A stretch of DNA of 64,000 bases from Escherichia phage ime: sequence record MN850576.1; one strand, written 5' to 3'. The translations under genes and the position numbers were made by a program. The notes below the pieces were generated by a model. It saw only the letters and a list, made by a program, of their open reading frames with translations. It had not been told where the DNA came from and did not search any database. Of the stretch, positions 27,552-36,191 are shown piece after piece. The stretch's first letter is position 1; every line of letters begins with the position of its first letter.

Positions 27552-27647
27552 AAATTTATCCTCTTTACTGGTTAGTGCGGTGTTGTTCACCTTGTAGGGT
27601 AATAATACCATGATTAACCTTGTTGTCAACGATTATTTTAAATTATT

Positions 27648-27773
27648 TTTATGATAGAATCCACCTGCCGCCCCCGCCAGGTTAACCACCATTTTTTCGT
27701 ACTCTTCTTTATGTTCCCGCGCTTCTGTATCATTAATCACTACATTTCCCAGGTGAGTAGCATTACCTTTCAT
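27648..27773 (-). CDS. small protein (41 aa), below track cutoff
   Basis: ATG with GAAGAGGAGG RBS; hand-translated; overlaps GCCCCGCCAGG motif. Confidence 0.25.
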
Positions 27774-28030
27774 TTTTGTACCTCCTCTTCAATTGTTTAC
27801 CCTACAGCATGGGCCTACCAGGTTTGCAAGATTTCACCCTCTCCCACCTGGTCAGTTAGGTCCTGCCAGGCTGGCCCCGCCAGGTTGCAACGGTTAGCGC
27901 ATCAGGTTAGAAAAATTTTTTGAAAAGGTGTTGACAGCGGCCCCGCCAGGGGGCACAATATACCTATCGAAAGGACGGCAGGCACCGGTGACGGTGGAGA
28001 CAACCACCGGGGATGGGCGCTGCATAAAAT

Positions 28031-28053
28031 GAGAACGGTTATCATTATCATTT
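28031..28053. promoter_or_regulatory. Fur-box-like sequence A
   Basis: GAGAACGGTTATCATTATCATTT; about 15/19 match to GATAATGATAATCATTATC by eye. Confidence 0.3.
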
Positions 28054-28165
28054 AAAAATTTATGCAAAAAATCCTTGCCTTCTTTGTCCTGTGTGATACT
28101 ATAATAACAAGCCGGGGCAACAGGGGCCGGGAGACAATCACCGGGCCTGCCCGTTATTCTGCAAA

Positions 28166-28184
28166 CGAGAATGATTATCATTCA
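28166..28184. promoter_or_regulatory. Fur-box-like palindrome B
   Basis: GAGAATGATTATCATTC; core AATGATTATCATT versus consensus AATGATAATCATT. Confidence 0.35.
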
Positions 28185-28300
28185 AAATTCTAAATGAGAA
28201 CTCCTCGCATTTAATAAATTTAATTAGCATGCTAATTACCCTCCGTAACAATTTCCTATAAAACAGTATCCCATAAAATATTCCCATATAGAAATTTTAA

Positions 28301-28482
28301 AAATCCATTTCTGAAAACGAAAAATCGATTTCGTCCCCAAAAATTTCAGGTCGAGAGCTGGAACGATTTCCAGAAAATCCGATTCAGAAAACGAAAAACA
28401 GATCGAGTACTTGGAAATTTATCGAGAAAAATTTTCAGAAAATTCAATCTTTGAAACGAAAAACAGATCGAGTACTTGGAAA
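28301..28482. repeat. degenerate tandem iterons (~65-75 bp period), AT-rich
   Basis: GAAAACGAAAAACAGATCGAGTACTTGGAAA twice (28385/28451) plus variant at 28311; AAATCCATTT motif recurs to 28760. Confidence 0.5.
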
Positions 28483-28787
28483 GCTGTACCGCAACTTCAA
28501 GATAGTGGCTGGATTATTGCCATAAAAGGCCAAGGGCGAGTGGGAAAGTTCTGGTAGAAGGATGTGAGCATGTGTGGGAAAATCTATAATGGTGGCCTGG
28601 AATATGGTGCAAACGATAGGATGAGTTATTCAGCTTGTCGCGCCTACTCTGAAAAATCCATTTTAGTTTTCGATCCATTTTCTGATTTTCTAAGAATTTT
28701 AAAATATCCAGCCCGGTGAAATATCAAAAGGAGGAAATCCATTTTAGAAATCCCCCTTATACTTGATATGCCAGGAATTTTCAAGTA

Positions 28788-29117
28788 TCAGTTGTCTTTG
28801 TTTTTAGGTTTGTACATGCGCAGAGGTATGGTCTTTGTAACATTCCATTTCCTCAACCCTTCCCAGCTCCAGTTGTGGGCGTGGTATCCGGTTATGCATG
28901 CACTACTGGAGTGATCGTAAGCATAAGAGAACGCTAAGCGCACCAGGTGGGGCCAGTCCTTCCATGGTTGTGGACCGTAAGCTTTTCTCCAACACCGACA
29001 CAAACTAAATGTCTCAAGGATAGGAAGGATAACAAACCCATACACTGTCACCAAAATAGTCAGTGCAATGATTGTCAGGAACACATACCCTGCAGTTGAA
29101 ATGATGATCTCTGTCAT
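28788..29117 (-). CDS. membrane protein
   Basis: ORF track; hydrophobic N-terminal half. Confidence 0.45.
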   Translation of the reverse strand: MTEIIISTAGYVFLTIIALTILVTVYGFVILPILETFSLCRCWRKAYGPQPWKDWPHLVRLAFSYAYDHSSSACITGYHAHNWSWEGLRKWNVTKTIPLRMYKPKNKDN

Positions 29118-29317
29118 TTGTCGTCCCCTTTCTTACGGATATAGATGTGAGAACCTGCCTGTATATAAATTTCTCGACCATCTTCTGCGAAGATGTGGAA
29201 TACACGGTCACCTTCGTACTCAATACGAGATATCTTCATAATGGTCTTTCCACCTGGGATACGGATCTCGTCCCCCACAGCGATGTTCCATGCAGATTTA
29301 AGCTTAAACATCTGCAC
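29114..29317 (-). CDS. hypothetical protein
   Basis: ORF track. Confidence 0.45.
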   Translation of the reverse strand: MQMFKLKSAWNIAVGDEIRIPGGKTIMKISRIEYEGDRVFHIFAEDGREIYIQAGSHIYIRKKGDDK

Positions 29318-29549
29318 CCTCCTTTGGGAACTTGAACTCTGGCATAGCCATATACGCTACAACAGGGTTGTGATCAAAGTAGAACTGACCGTTAATTATC
29401 CCGGTTTTACTCACATAGTTACCAGATCCTGCAAGAACAACCTCGCAAGCTCCGAAATCTACATTGCCATCCTCATCAGCCATGGCTACGATATACTTTC
29501 CTAGAGGCATGTTTTTAACGCCGTCTACAAATGTCCACCCTTTGTTCAT
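29304..29549 (-). CDS. hypothetical protein
   Basis: ORF track. Confidence 0.45.
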   Translation of the reverse strand: MNKGWTFVDGVKNMPLGKYIVAMADEDGNVDFGACEVVLAGSGNYVSKTGIINGQFYFDHNPVVAYMAMPEFKFPKEGADV

Positions 29550-29569
29550 ACTTTATCTCCTGCACTTTT

Positions 29570-29902
29570 TTAAGGTAACCAGTAAACAATCTCGCCTTTC
29601 AGCTTCATGTCGTTTCCAACATAAATTTCCCAGCCATCCATCTTAGCAACTGTAGGCCCAAAGTCATCCGCACCCCTTACCTCTTTCCAGGCTCCGTAGT
29701 CAGGTTGCCAGATATAGAATCCACCTTCTTTGTCCCATGCTCCGTACACTACGTTTAACAGGTTTCCCATTGCAACAATGGTGGGCCGTGGGAATAATAC
29801 ATCTACAGATGCGCCACAATTTCGGGTATCTTTTAAGTTGCAATCCCAAAAGATGTCTGCCAGTGTGGCGGCGATAGCTTTACGTCTTTCCAATGTTACC
29901 AT
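29570..29902 (-). CDS. hypothetical protein
   Basis: ORF track. Confidence 0.5.
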   Translation of the reverse strand: MVTLERRKAIAATLADIFWDCNLKDTRNCGASVDVLFPRPTIVAMGNLLNVVYGAWDKEGGFYIWQPDYGAWKEVRGADDFGPTVAKMDGWEIYVGNDMKLKGEIVYWLP

Positions 29903-29912
29903 GGCACGATAC

Positions 29913-30104
29913 TCACTTGTTGTTAATAAGTTCTAAAACTTTCTGTCTTACTTTGTCAAGGTCTGTTGATTCAAAAACTGTGCGATATCCCCAACTTTGC
30001 CCATAGGAGTGACTGCAATCCCCGTAGCACCATTGCTCAATTTGATAGTATTCAAGGAACGGGTGCTGTCTAACTATGATACCATCCCGGTTAAAAATTA
30101 CCAT
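29913..30104 (-). CDS. hypothetical protein
   Basis: ORF track. Confidence 0.4.
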   Translation of the reverse strand: MVIFNRDGIIVRQHPFLEYYQIEQWCYGDCSHSYGQSWGYRTVFESTDLDKVRQKVLELINNK

Positions 30105-30167
30105 AATACATCGCTCTCTGTTAGTTTATGCGTATATTATACACTGCAGTTTTCAGATGTCAACCTC

Positions 30168-30419
30168 TTACAGATTGCTCCAGTACAATCGGCATTTACA
30201 TTTTTGGCAATGAGGTTCTTTTATGTAATAACCGTCAGTCTTTGGAACACTTTTTGGTGCAGTTTTAATATTGTACCTGGTAAAACATCGGAAGCAGGTT
30301 ACCTCTCCGATCTGTTGATCGTTAATCCACTCGCCAGAGTGAAGCTCTTTCTTGTTTCTCATAATTCTCTTCAAAATCCTCTGCAATCTTATACCAAAAT
30401 CTCCAGCCAGAAAGCACAC
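30168..30419 (-). CDS. Cys-rich zinc-ribbon-like small protein
   Basis: CFRCF...CQKCKC cysteine pairs. Confidence 0.45.
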   Translation of the reverse strand: MCFLAGDFGIRLQRILKRIMRNKKELHSGEWINDQQIGEVTCFRCFTRYNIKTAPKSVPKTDGYYIKEPHCQKCKCRLYWSNL

Positions 30420-30613
30420 GGGAACACTTTGAGGATTGAATCTTTACTTGGCTCGGAAGTTCTTTTTCCGTATGGTAGGTAGAAATACCCTCCTGCAGAT
30501 TCGAATATAGCTCCTTCGGTTGTATCTACCACAGCAAGAATTAAGATTTTAGTCTCCACAGTGCTCCCCTCTCTTAGTTGTTGTGGTGACTATACCATCT
30601 CAAAAACCAGCTG

Positions 30614-31111
30614 TCAACACTTTTTGTACTCCACCACGATAATATCCATATCAAAAGTGGCAAGGTTAATAACGTCCTCTACGTGCTCCCACTTCAAACC
30701 GCCTATGCCGCACCCGATCTTAGGGATGTAGAATGGTAAAGTCGATCCACTGAATACCTCATTGACTAGCTCAAAGCCTTTCAGGATTGAGAAATATTCA
30801 GCATTAGGTCCTGGGTAGAACTGAGTATACAGATTGATTCCGTAGACAATACCTCTCGGAGATAAGTGCTCCCATCGGGAGAACGCACCCAGTTTACTTA
30901 GGCAACCATGTCTGGTCTCTTTGTCAGCTGCCAATGCTTGAGGGAACTCACGGGTAATCTGTTTTGCTATCCCCTTGCCCATTGTGTGGAAGCAGTTACA
31001 ACCGTGGATCAGGTGACCAGCACCACTCTTAAAAAGGGAGATTAAATCTCCCTCTACAGTATCAATAATCACGGTATGCCAGCTCCTCTTCCACAATTTC
31101 AAAAAACTCAT
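30614..31111 (-). CDS. macro-domain protein (ADP-ribose binding/hydrolase family)
   Basis: HGCNCFHTMGKGIA and IPKIGCGIGG motifs; start set at internal Met, uncertain (track ORF extends to 31171). Confidence 0.55.
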   Translation of the reverse strand: MSFLKLWKRSWHTVIIDTVEGDLISLFKSGAGHLIHGCNCFHTMGKGIAKQITREFPQALAADKETRHGCLSKLGAFSRWEHLSPRGIVYGINLYTQFYPGPNAEYFSILKGFELVNEVFSGSTLPFYIPKIGCGIGGLKWEHVEDVINLATFDMDIIVVEYKKC

Positions 31112-31487
31112 CCCAACCTTGTGGCATATTTGAGTTGCCGAAGTGGCTTTCATAGTAAAGGTTCTCACCACTTGGGAGATAGAAATCTGTTACCTCGTAG
31201 AGTCCACAATCGTCGCACTCACCTTCTTCGAACTTGGCCTCAACCTTAATACCTAGGAAGGTGAAAAGTTTATGGATATCTTCAGTTTCGAACTCCCAGC
31301 AGATATTGTTTTCCGCATCGGTGTAGAACTGGATCAGCAGACCATTATCCAGTTTACCAAAATATTCTGTGAAGTAACTACCTTCCCAGAAATCTTTATG
31401 ACAAATAATATCCATGCGCTTGCCCATGATAAAGGTGTGGGCGTTTTGGGCATCGTCACGAATCAGTTTTGGCATTTCATAGATCAT
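31062..31487 (-). CDS. hypothetical protein
   Basis: ORF track. Confidence 0.5.
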   Translation of the reverse strand: MIYEMPKLIRDDAQNAHTFIMGKRMDIICHKDFWEGSYFTEYFGKLDNGLLIQFYTDAENNICWEFETEDIHKLFTFLGIKVEAKFEEGECDDCGLYEVTDFYLPSGENLYYESHFGNSNMPQGWDEFFEIVEEELAYRDY

Positions 31488-31555
31488 CTTAGTTCTCCGG
31501 GTTCAACAGGTGGTGGTGCTACAGGAAGATCATAAAACATAGCTATCACAGTCTC

Positions 31556-31753
31556 TTACACAGGAATTGCTTCAAACAGGCCGTTATCTATACCGTCCTT
31601 CAGATAGAGATTATATTCTATGTCGGTATCTGTATAAAGGGCAGCATCCAGCATTCTATCTGTGAGTCCATCCATTGGGTGGAGAAACCACCACCCACGC
31701 CAGTCAAAGTAACAGCCTGGTGCATCTTCTCTTACACGGATTCGATAAATCAT
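31556..31753 (-). CDS. hypothetical protein
   Basis: ORF track. Confidence 0.4.
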   Translation of the reverse strand: MIYRIRVREDAPGCYFDWRGWWFLHPMDGLTDRMLDAALYTDTDIEYNLYLKDGIDNGLFEAIPV

Positions 31754-31849
31754 GGGCAGTGGCCTCCTGTTAGTTATACATCCCAGTTTTCTTCGTTCAT
31801 CACGTCCTCCCGTTCTATGAAGTTATAATTGCACACCTTTCCACCTGTG

Positions 31850-32266
31850 TCAACAGAAAACTTCAACAAATTCTTCCACAGTTTTAATGTCGTGTGAAAA
31901 AGGTTTACGGCTATAACGGGCAATAGCACTATCAACCACCGCCCGGTACTCCAAATCTTCAGAATATTTCATGAAGCATTGCAGCGTCTCTGGGCAGATA
32001 GCTAAATAGCTCCACCACCCCTCTTCAGATTGGTAGTCGAATCCCATACTCTCCAACCATGAAGCATATACGCCTGCACCCTCAAGCCAGTGAGTATTTT
32101 CATCCAGAAACTTGTTAATAGACATGTGAGCTTCTAAGCATTTATCCAGCTCTTTTCCGTTAACCAGCCACGCACTGACCGTGGCGCATCCAAAGTCTAC
32201 AGATTGAGTTGACAGGTTGTATTGGTCATAGTTCTCAGGTTTAACAATGATATCTTCTAATGTCAT
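31850..32266 (-). CDS. hypothetical protein
   Basis: ORF track. Confidence 0.5.
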   Translation of the reverse strand: MTLEDIIVKPENYDQYNLSTQSVDFGCATVSAWLVNGKELDKCLEAHMSINKFLDENTHWLEGAGVYASWLESMGFDYQSEEGWWSYLAICPETLQCFMKYSEDLEYRAVVDSAIARYSRKPFSHDIKTVEEFVEVFC

Positions 32267-32328
32267 TTTTCAGATCTCCTTATACAAAAATGCCCCACCC
32301 TTTCGGGCAGGGCTATGTTAACTAGATG

Positions 32329-33555
32329 TTAGAATGGGATGTCATCATCAAAGGCGTACTGTGCTGGATTCTGATCCATCGGGTCATCTTCCTCGTCATT
32401 TACAGGAGGAGCGTCTACAGTATTTTGCTGTGAAGCAGCTTCCTGTTTGGCAGCTTGAGGTTCTTGATGGTCAGTGGACCCAGCACCGTTCTTGATCCAA
32501 TCGTACAACGGCTCAGCCAGATTAGTCAAGACATCTTTTGCTTCTGCAGTAATTGCCGCTGCAAAATCATCAACTTTCGTTTTCTTGTCAATACGGCGAC
32601 AAGCGTTCAACACCGCATTACCGACACTGGCACCTACTTCATCTTCAGTTCGGTTGGTGGCTTGAGCATACTCTTTCTTAAGCTCAATAGTGACTACGTG
32701 CAGTGTTTTAGCCACACCTAGTGGGTCGTCTACCTTAAACCCGCGATCCAGGATGATTTGCAACGCATTGATGCTATGTCCCGTCTCCACACCAATAGGG
32801 TCGTAAGAGGATTTACGCTTGCCACCAGAGCCTTGAGTGCCGTTCTCTGCCTTAGGTGGATAGGCTTTGAAACCACTGATAATGTTTCCGGTGTCTTTGT
32901 CAACAATGGCTGCAACACGACCACCTACCACCAGGTCTTTAAGCTGCTCATCAGTAACAACCATGGCACCTTCGCCAATCTTGTGGTCATTAACAGTAAC
33001 CACGTTGCCAACAATCTGAGTCACATCGCCATAGATGCGTAAAACGTCCTGATTGGCATTCTGCTGAGGTTTCTGCTTCTGGCCTTGTGATTGTGCACCT
33101 TGTTGCTGTTTTTGCTGCTGAGTCGCTGCTGGAGCCTCTCCTGCACCCAGCTTGACCATCTTAGCCAGTGAGCCTTTGTAATAGGTCTTACCGTTATGCT
33201 CGTTTGCCTTCAAAGGGATATTTACGATCCATCCCGGCGTTACGGTTTCCCACTTGTCATCAATCTTAACAGAGACAGAGTCTTGATGACCAGGTTTAAG
33301 CAGCTTATCACCCATACTGATCCAAACTTCTTCACCACCTTGAAGCAGGTTATCAGAGGAATCCAGTTCAGAAATCAGTAAAGAGATGGTGTGGCTGGAT
33401 TCAATTTTCTTACCTTGCCACACAGTGGTTTTAATACCTGTTGTAGGATCAGCACCTTTGATAGGTTTGATGCTGACACGTTTAATCATGCCGTGAGCCA
33501 GTAAAACAGTTTCACGCGGATTCATCGGGTTAGCGAATTGTTGAATAACGCTCAT
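32329..33555 (-). CDS. putative ssDNA-binding/replisome protein with host-SSB-like acidic C-terminal tail
   Basis: C-terminus ...AFDDDIPF matches the E. coli SSB tail; Q-rich linker. Confidence 0.55.
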   Translation of the reverse strand: MSVIQQFANPMNPRETVLLAHGMIKRVSIKPIKGADPTTGIKTTVWQGKKIESSHTISLLISELDSSDNLLQGGEEVWISMGDKLLKPGHQDSVSVKIDDKWETVTPGWIVNIPLKANEHNGKTYYKGSLAKMVKLGAGEAPAATQQQKQQQGAQSQGQKQKPQQNANQDVLRIYGDVTQIVGNVVTVNDHKIGEGAMVVTDEQLKDLVVGGRVAAIVDKDTGNIISGFKAYPPKAENGTQGSGGKRKSSYDPIGVETGHSINALQIILDRGFKVDDPLGVAKTLHVVTIELKKEYAQATNRTEDEVGASVGNAVLNACRRIDKKTKVDDFAAAITAEAKDVLTNLAEPLYDWIKNGAGSTDHQEPQAAKQEAASQQNTVDAPPVNDEEDDPMDQNPAQYAFDDDIPF

Positions 33556-33920
33556 TATTTGTCTCCTTGTTCTTCGTTAGTGTTTGCCGTGTGTGCAAAC
33601 CCTGCTTGAATTAATTTGTCCTGAACTTGAGCCAACAGGCCCATTGCAAAACTTGTGGTCCCAGAGAGGGCCATCAACATATCTCGTTGTTGAGCTACCC
33701 AACCTAAGGCATAGTCCAAACGACGATATTTTTCTTCTTCACGCAGAGCCTGAAATAATTGTTCAGCCTCCGGTTGTTGTGTGAGCTCCTGAAGTCTTCC
33801 CATGAAAGAAGAAAGCACTAGCAAAAGAGACACTTGATCTTTACTTAACCCTAAGAAAAATTCTTGAGGTTGTTCTTGCTCGTTCATCGCAACCGACGCT
33901 TGATCGTTCATTTGTTCCAT
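33555..33920 (-). CDS. hypothetical protein
   Basis: ORF track; ATGA overlap with downstream gene. Confidence 0.5.
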   Translation of the reverse strand: MEQMNDQASVAMNEQEQPQEFFLGLSKDQVSLLLVLSSFMGRLQELTQQPEAEQLFQALREEEKYRRLDYALGWVAQQRDMLMALSGTTSFAMGLLAQVQDKLIQAGFAHTANTNEEQGDK

Positions 33921-34003
33921 TATGGAATCTCCGATTTTATTTGAACAACATAGAAGGAGACACTATTTTAGCATCCCCTTCTGTAAATTACAATAGATAT
34001 TTG

Positions 34004-34249
34004 TTAGCCAATCACTTCAAAAGTTCCCCAATTCCCGTCCAGCAGGCAGGTGATCGGATCCCCATCGTCGTCAAAGATTTCAAAGTTTTCAGCATCCAGG
34101 ATGTGGCCCTCGAACACAATACTTTCGTCGCCACCACCAGAAATAACAGCGTATTCCTTACCTTGAGTCAAGTTTTGACACCCTTTGCCACCAAAACCTA
34201 CTTCAACACAACGTACTTTCTGTCCTGCGCGAGCAACTACTCCAGTCAT
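34004..34249 (-). CDS. hypothetical protein
   Basis: ORF track. Confidence 0.45.
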   Translation of the reverse strand: MTGVVARAGQKVRCVEVGFGGKGCQNLTQGKEYAVISGGGDESIVFEGHILDAENFEIFDDDGDPITCLLDGNWGTFEVIG

Positions 34250-34266
34250 CTTAAGGTCTCCTGATA

Positions 34267-34587
34267 TTAATCGTCAAGTTCAAAATAGATTTTAACAGCT
34301 TCATCAAAGATTGGAATCCCGATGTTGTTGATAAGCTGCCAAACTACCATATCTTTACCTGGGTCTGGGAGAATGTCAACCTTTCTCCATGCGCTGTATA
34401 TCCAGTTCGGACCACCTTCTGCACTAACTGGCAGATTTTCACCAGCCTCCTGCAGATACTTATACAGCAAAAGATATTCTGGATACTCTAGAACACTGTC
34501 CTCTGTAGTATATAGCAGTTCACGGTATACTTTTAAGAACCCTGCGGGGGTGATGTTTTCAGTCTTCATTTGCTGCTTCTCCTGCAT
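34267..34587 (-). CDS. hypothetical protein
   Basis: ORF track. Confidence 0.5.
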   Translation of the reverse strand: MQEKQQMKTENITPAGFLKVYRELLYTTEDSVLEYPEYLLLYKYLQEAGENLPVSAEGGPNWIYSAWRKVDILPDPGKDMVVWQLINNIGIPIFDEAVKIYFELDD

Positions 34588-34948
34588 TCATCAGATCTGC
34601 CATAGCGTCACCCACGAAGAGAACAACCACATCGTTGATCGCGTCAGCATCATCTTTGTTGACGTTGCTGAATTTAGGACACACAGCAATGATCATATAG
34701 ACACCGTTACCAACCTGGACTGTCCGTGTGGTGCACATCATGGCGGTATTTGTGCCTTCTTTGAAGGCGAAGCCTTGAAGACGCTCCTCTAAAGTGTTAC
34801 CGGTAGATTTCAGAAGCGCCAGCTCGTCCAAGGCATAGATGATATCTCCGGAAGTTAGTGTTGCCTTGCCATCAGACACCATAATCACTCCATCAGCACC
34901 GTCAAGCTTAGAGGCTTCAAAGATATCAATATCCCAAATATTTTTCAT
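34559..34948 (-). CDS. hypothetical protein
   Basis: ORF track. Confidence 0.5.
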   Translation of the reverse strand: MKNIWDIDIFEASKLDGADGVIMVSDGKATLTSGDIIYALDELALLKSTGNTLEERLQGFAFKEGTNTAMMCTTRTVQVGNGVYMIIAVCPKFSNVNKDDADAINDVVVLFVGDAMADLMNAGEAANED

Positions 34949-35220
34949 TACGCTTCCTCGTCGTCTAAGTAATCATCAAGAGAGGTGAAGATTTCACCGA
35001 AGTATTCTAAGATTTCTAGCTCACGTGTGGTGCAGCAAACATAATCGCCTTGGTCGTCCTTAATAGTGGCCTCTTTACCCAGAACATGCACTTCAAATTC
35101 ATCGTTCAGCAGGACGGCCCCTGTGTAAACTTTGTCAGCTGTGCAGTCCCGAAAAGCAGAGTCCTTTTCCAGATAGTCTGGCTTAACCTTGGCTTTAATT
35201 CGTTGATATTGTTTGGTCAT
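34948..35220 (-). CDS. small protein, paralog of 35284..35538 (AF[RK]DCT motif)
   Basis: ATG 35220 with AAAGGGGA RBS; start chosen by paralog alignment. Confidence 0.45.
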   Translation of the reverse strand: MTKQYQRIKAKVKPDYLEKDSAFRDCTADKVYTGAVLLNDEFEVHVLGKEATIKDDQGDYVCCTTRELEILEYFGEIFTSLDDYLDDEEA

Positions 35221-35251
35221 TGCTGTGGTCCCCTTTCGTTTTGATAGGGCC

Positions 35252-35280
35252 ATTATATTAGGCCCTATCACTGTTGTCAA
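35252..35280 (-). promoter_or_regulatory. sigma70-like promoter (minus strand; TTGACA-17-TATAAT)
   Basis: Plus-strand TGTCAA 35275-35280 and ATTATA 35252-35257; -10 sits in loop of TAGGGCC/GGCCCTA inverted repeat. Confidence 0.5.
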
Positions 35281-35283
35281 GTA

Positions 35284-35538
35284 TTAATGTTCAGGTTTTA
35301 CAAAAACTACTTCATTAACAGTGCACCAGACAGAGTCTCCTTCGTCATCTTTAAAGGTAAGGCACTGTGCTGAGTTTTCCAGCTCATCAATCTCTTCTTG
35401 TGATAAAGGGGCCCCTTCTTCCAGAAGGGCTTTTACCAGAGGGTTCTCACAAAACTCTGCTTCATAAATTGCACCGACTGTGCAATCTTTAAAAGCTCGG
35501 TCATTTGCAACGCATTCTGGCTTCAAAGTAATTTTCAT
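35284..35538 (-). CDS. small protein, paralog of 34948..35220
   Basis: AAGGAGA RBS. Confidence 0.5.
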   Translation of the reverse strand: MKITLKPECVANDRAFKDCTVGAIYEAEFCENPLVKALLEEGAPLSQEEIDELENSAQCLTFKDDEGDSVWCTVNEVVFVKPEH

Positions 35539-35614
35539 CTTGGCAGTCTCCTTAGTTATTTAAAAATCAACGCTCTGTTTGTGTGAAGCATCTTATATCT
35601 AATCTTACTTCTTG

Positions 35615-35986
35615 TCAATGGCTATTTTCAATCATCCACACAGGGTCGAGGTAAATTTGTTGACGTCTTGCCCAATGACAAACTTCATTGTACATCTGAA
35701 TCTCTTTGTCTGTCAATTCACGAATAGGCTCATCTATACCCTCATTTTTGTGGTAATCCCATTCTGCGTCTATCTCCCACAGCCATGACTTGTTGTCACC
35801 ACGCTTACGCACACAGAAGTCACCAGGGCGGCCTGCCAATGCATTTAAGAACTCGTTCTCCGCTCGCTCCTGGAGAATACTAAGGAGCAAAACGTTGGAA
35901 CATGACCGTAAAATATGCTTCAGCTCGCAGTCATCGATCTCAACTTCGATACGTTGTTTGACTGTGTGAGTACCTTTTACTAACAT
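35615..35986 (-). CDS. hypothetical protein
   Basis: ATG 35986 with GAGGAGG RBS. Confidence 0.5.
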   Translation of the reverse strand: MLVKGTHTVKQRIEVEIDDCELKHILRSCSNVLLLSILQERAENEFLNALAGRPGDFCVRKRGDNKSWLWEIDAEWDYHKNEGIDEPIRELTDKEIQMYNEVCHWARRQQIYLDPVWMIENSH

Positions 35987-35996
35987 TCTACCTCCT

Positions 35997-36191
35997 CTAT
36001 ACAAACTCTGCAAGGGTTGTGTCGCTCATTGCACTGTGATAAATAGAATACCCTAACCCGTTAGAGTGCAAAAACCATGGCGTGCCGAAATTATCTTTCA
36101 CGTAGACATCGCCGTTGCTTGTAAATGGCCAATATTCTTCACCAAGGGTGAAATACCTACTCATACCCTCAGCCAGATACTTTACTTTCAT
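35997..36191 (-). CDS. hypothetical protein
   Basis: ORF track. Confidence 0.4.
   Translation of the reverse strand: MKVKYLAEGMSRYFTLGEEYWPFTSNGDVYVKDNFGTPWFLHSNGLGYSIYHSAMSDTTLAEFV

Noticed and set aside
27894-28181. Track ORF 27894..28181(-) of 95 aa
   Set aside because: Spans the duplicated GC-rich modules and Fur-box-like sites; no RBS; composition driven by repeats.
28301-28482. Possible CRISPR array (about 30-bp repeats at about 66-bp spacing)
   Set aside because: Only two or three degenerate copies, AT-rich, intervening segments also repeat-derived, no cas genes; reads as iterons.
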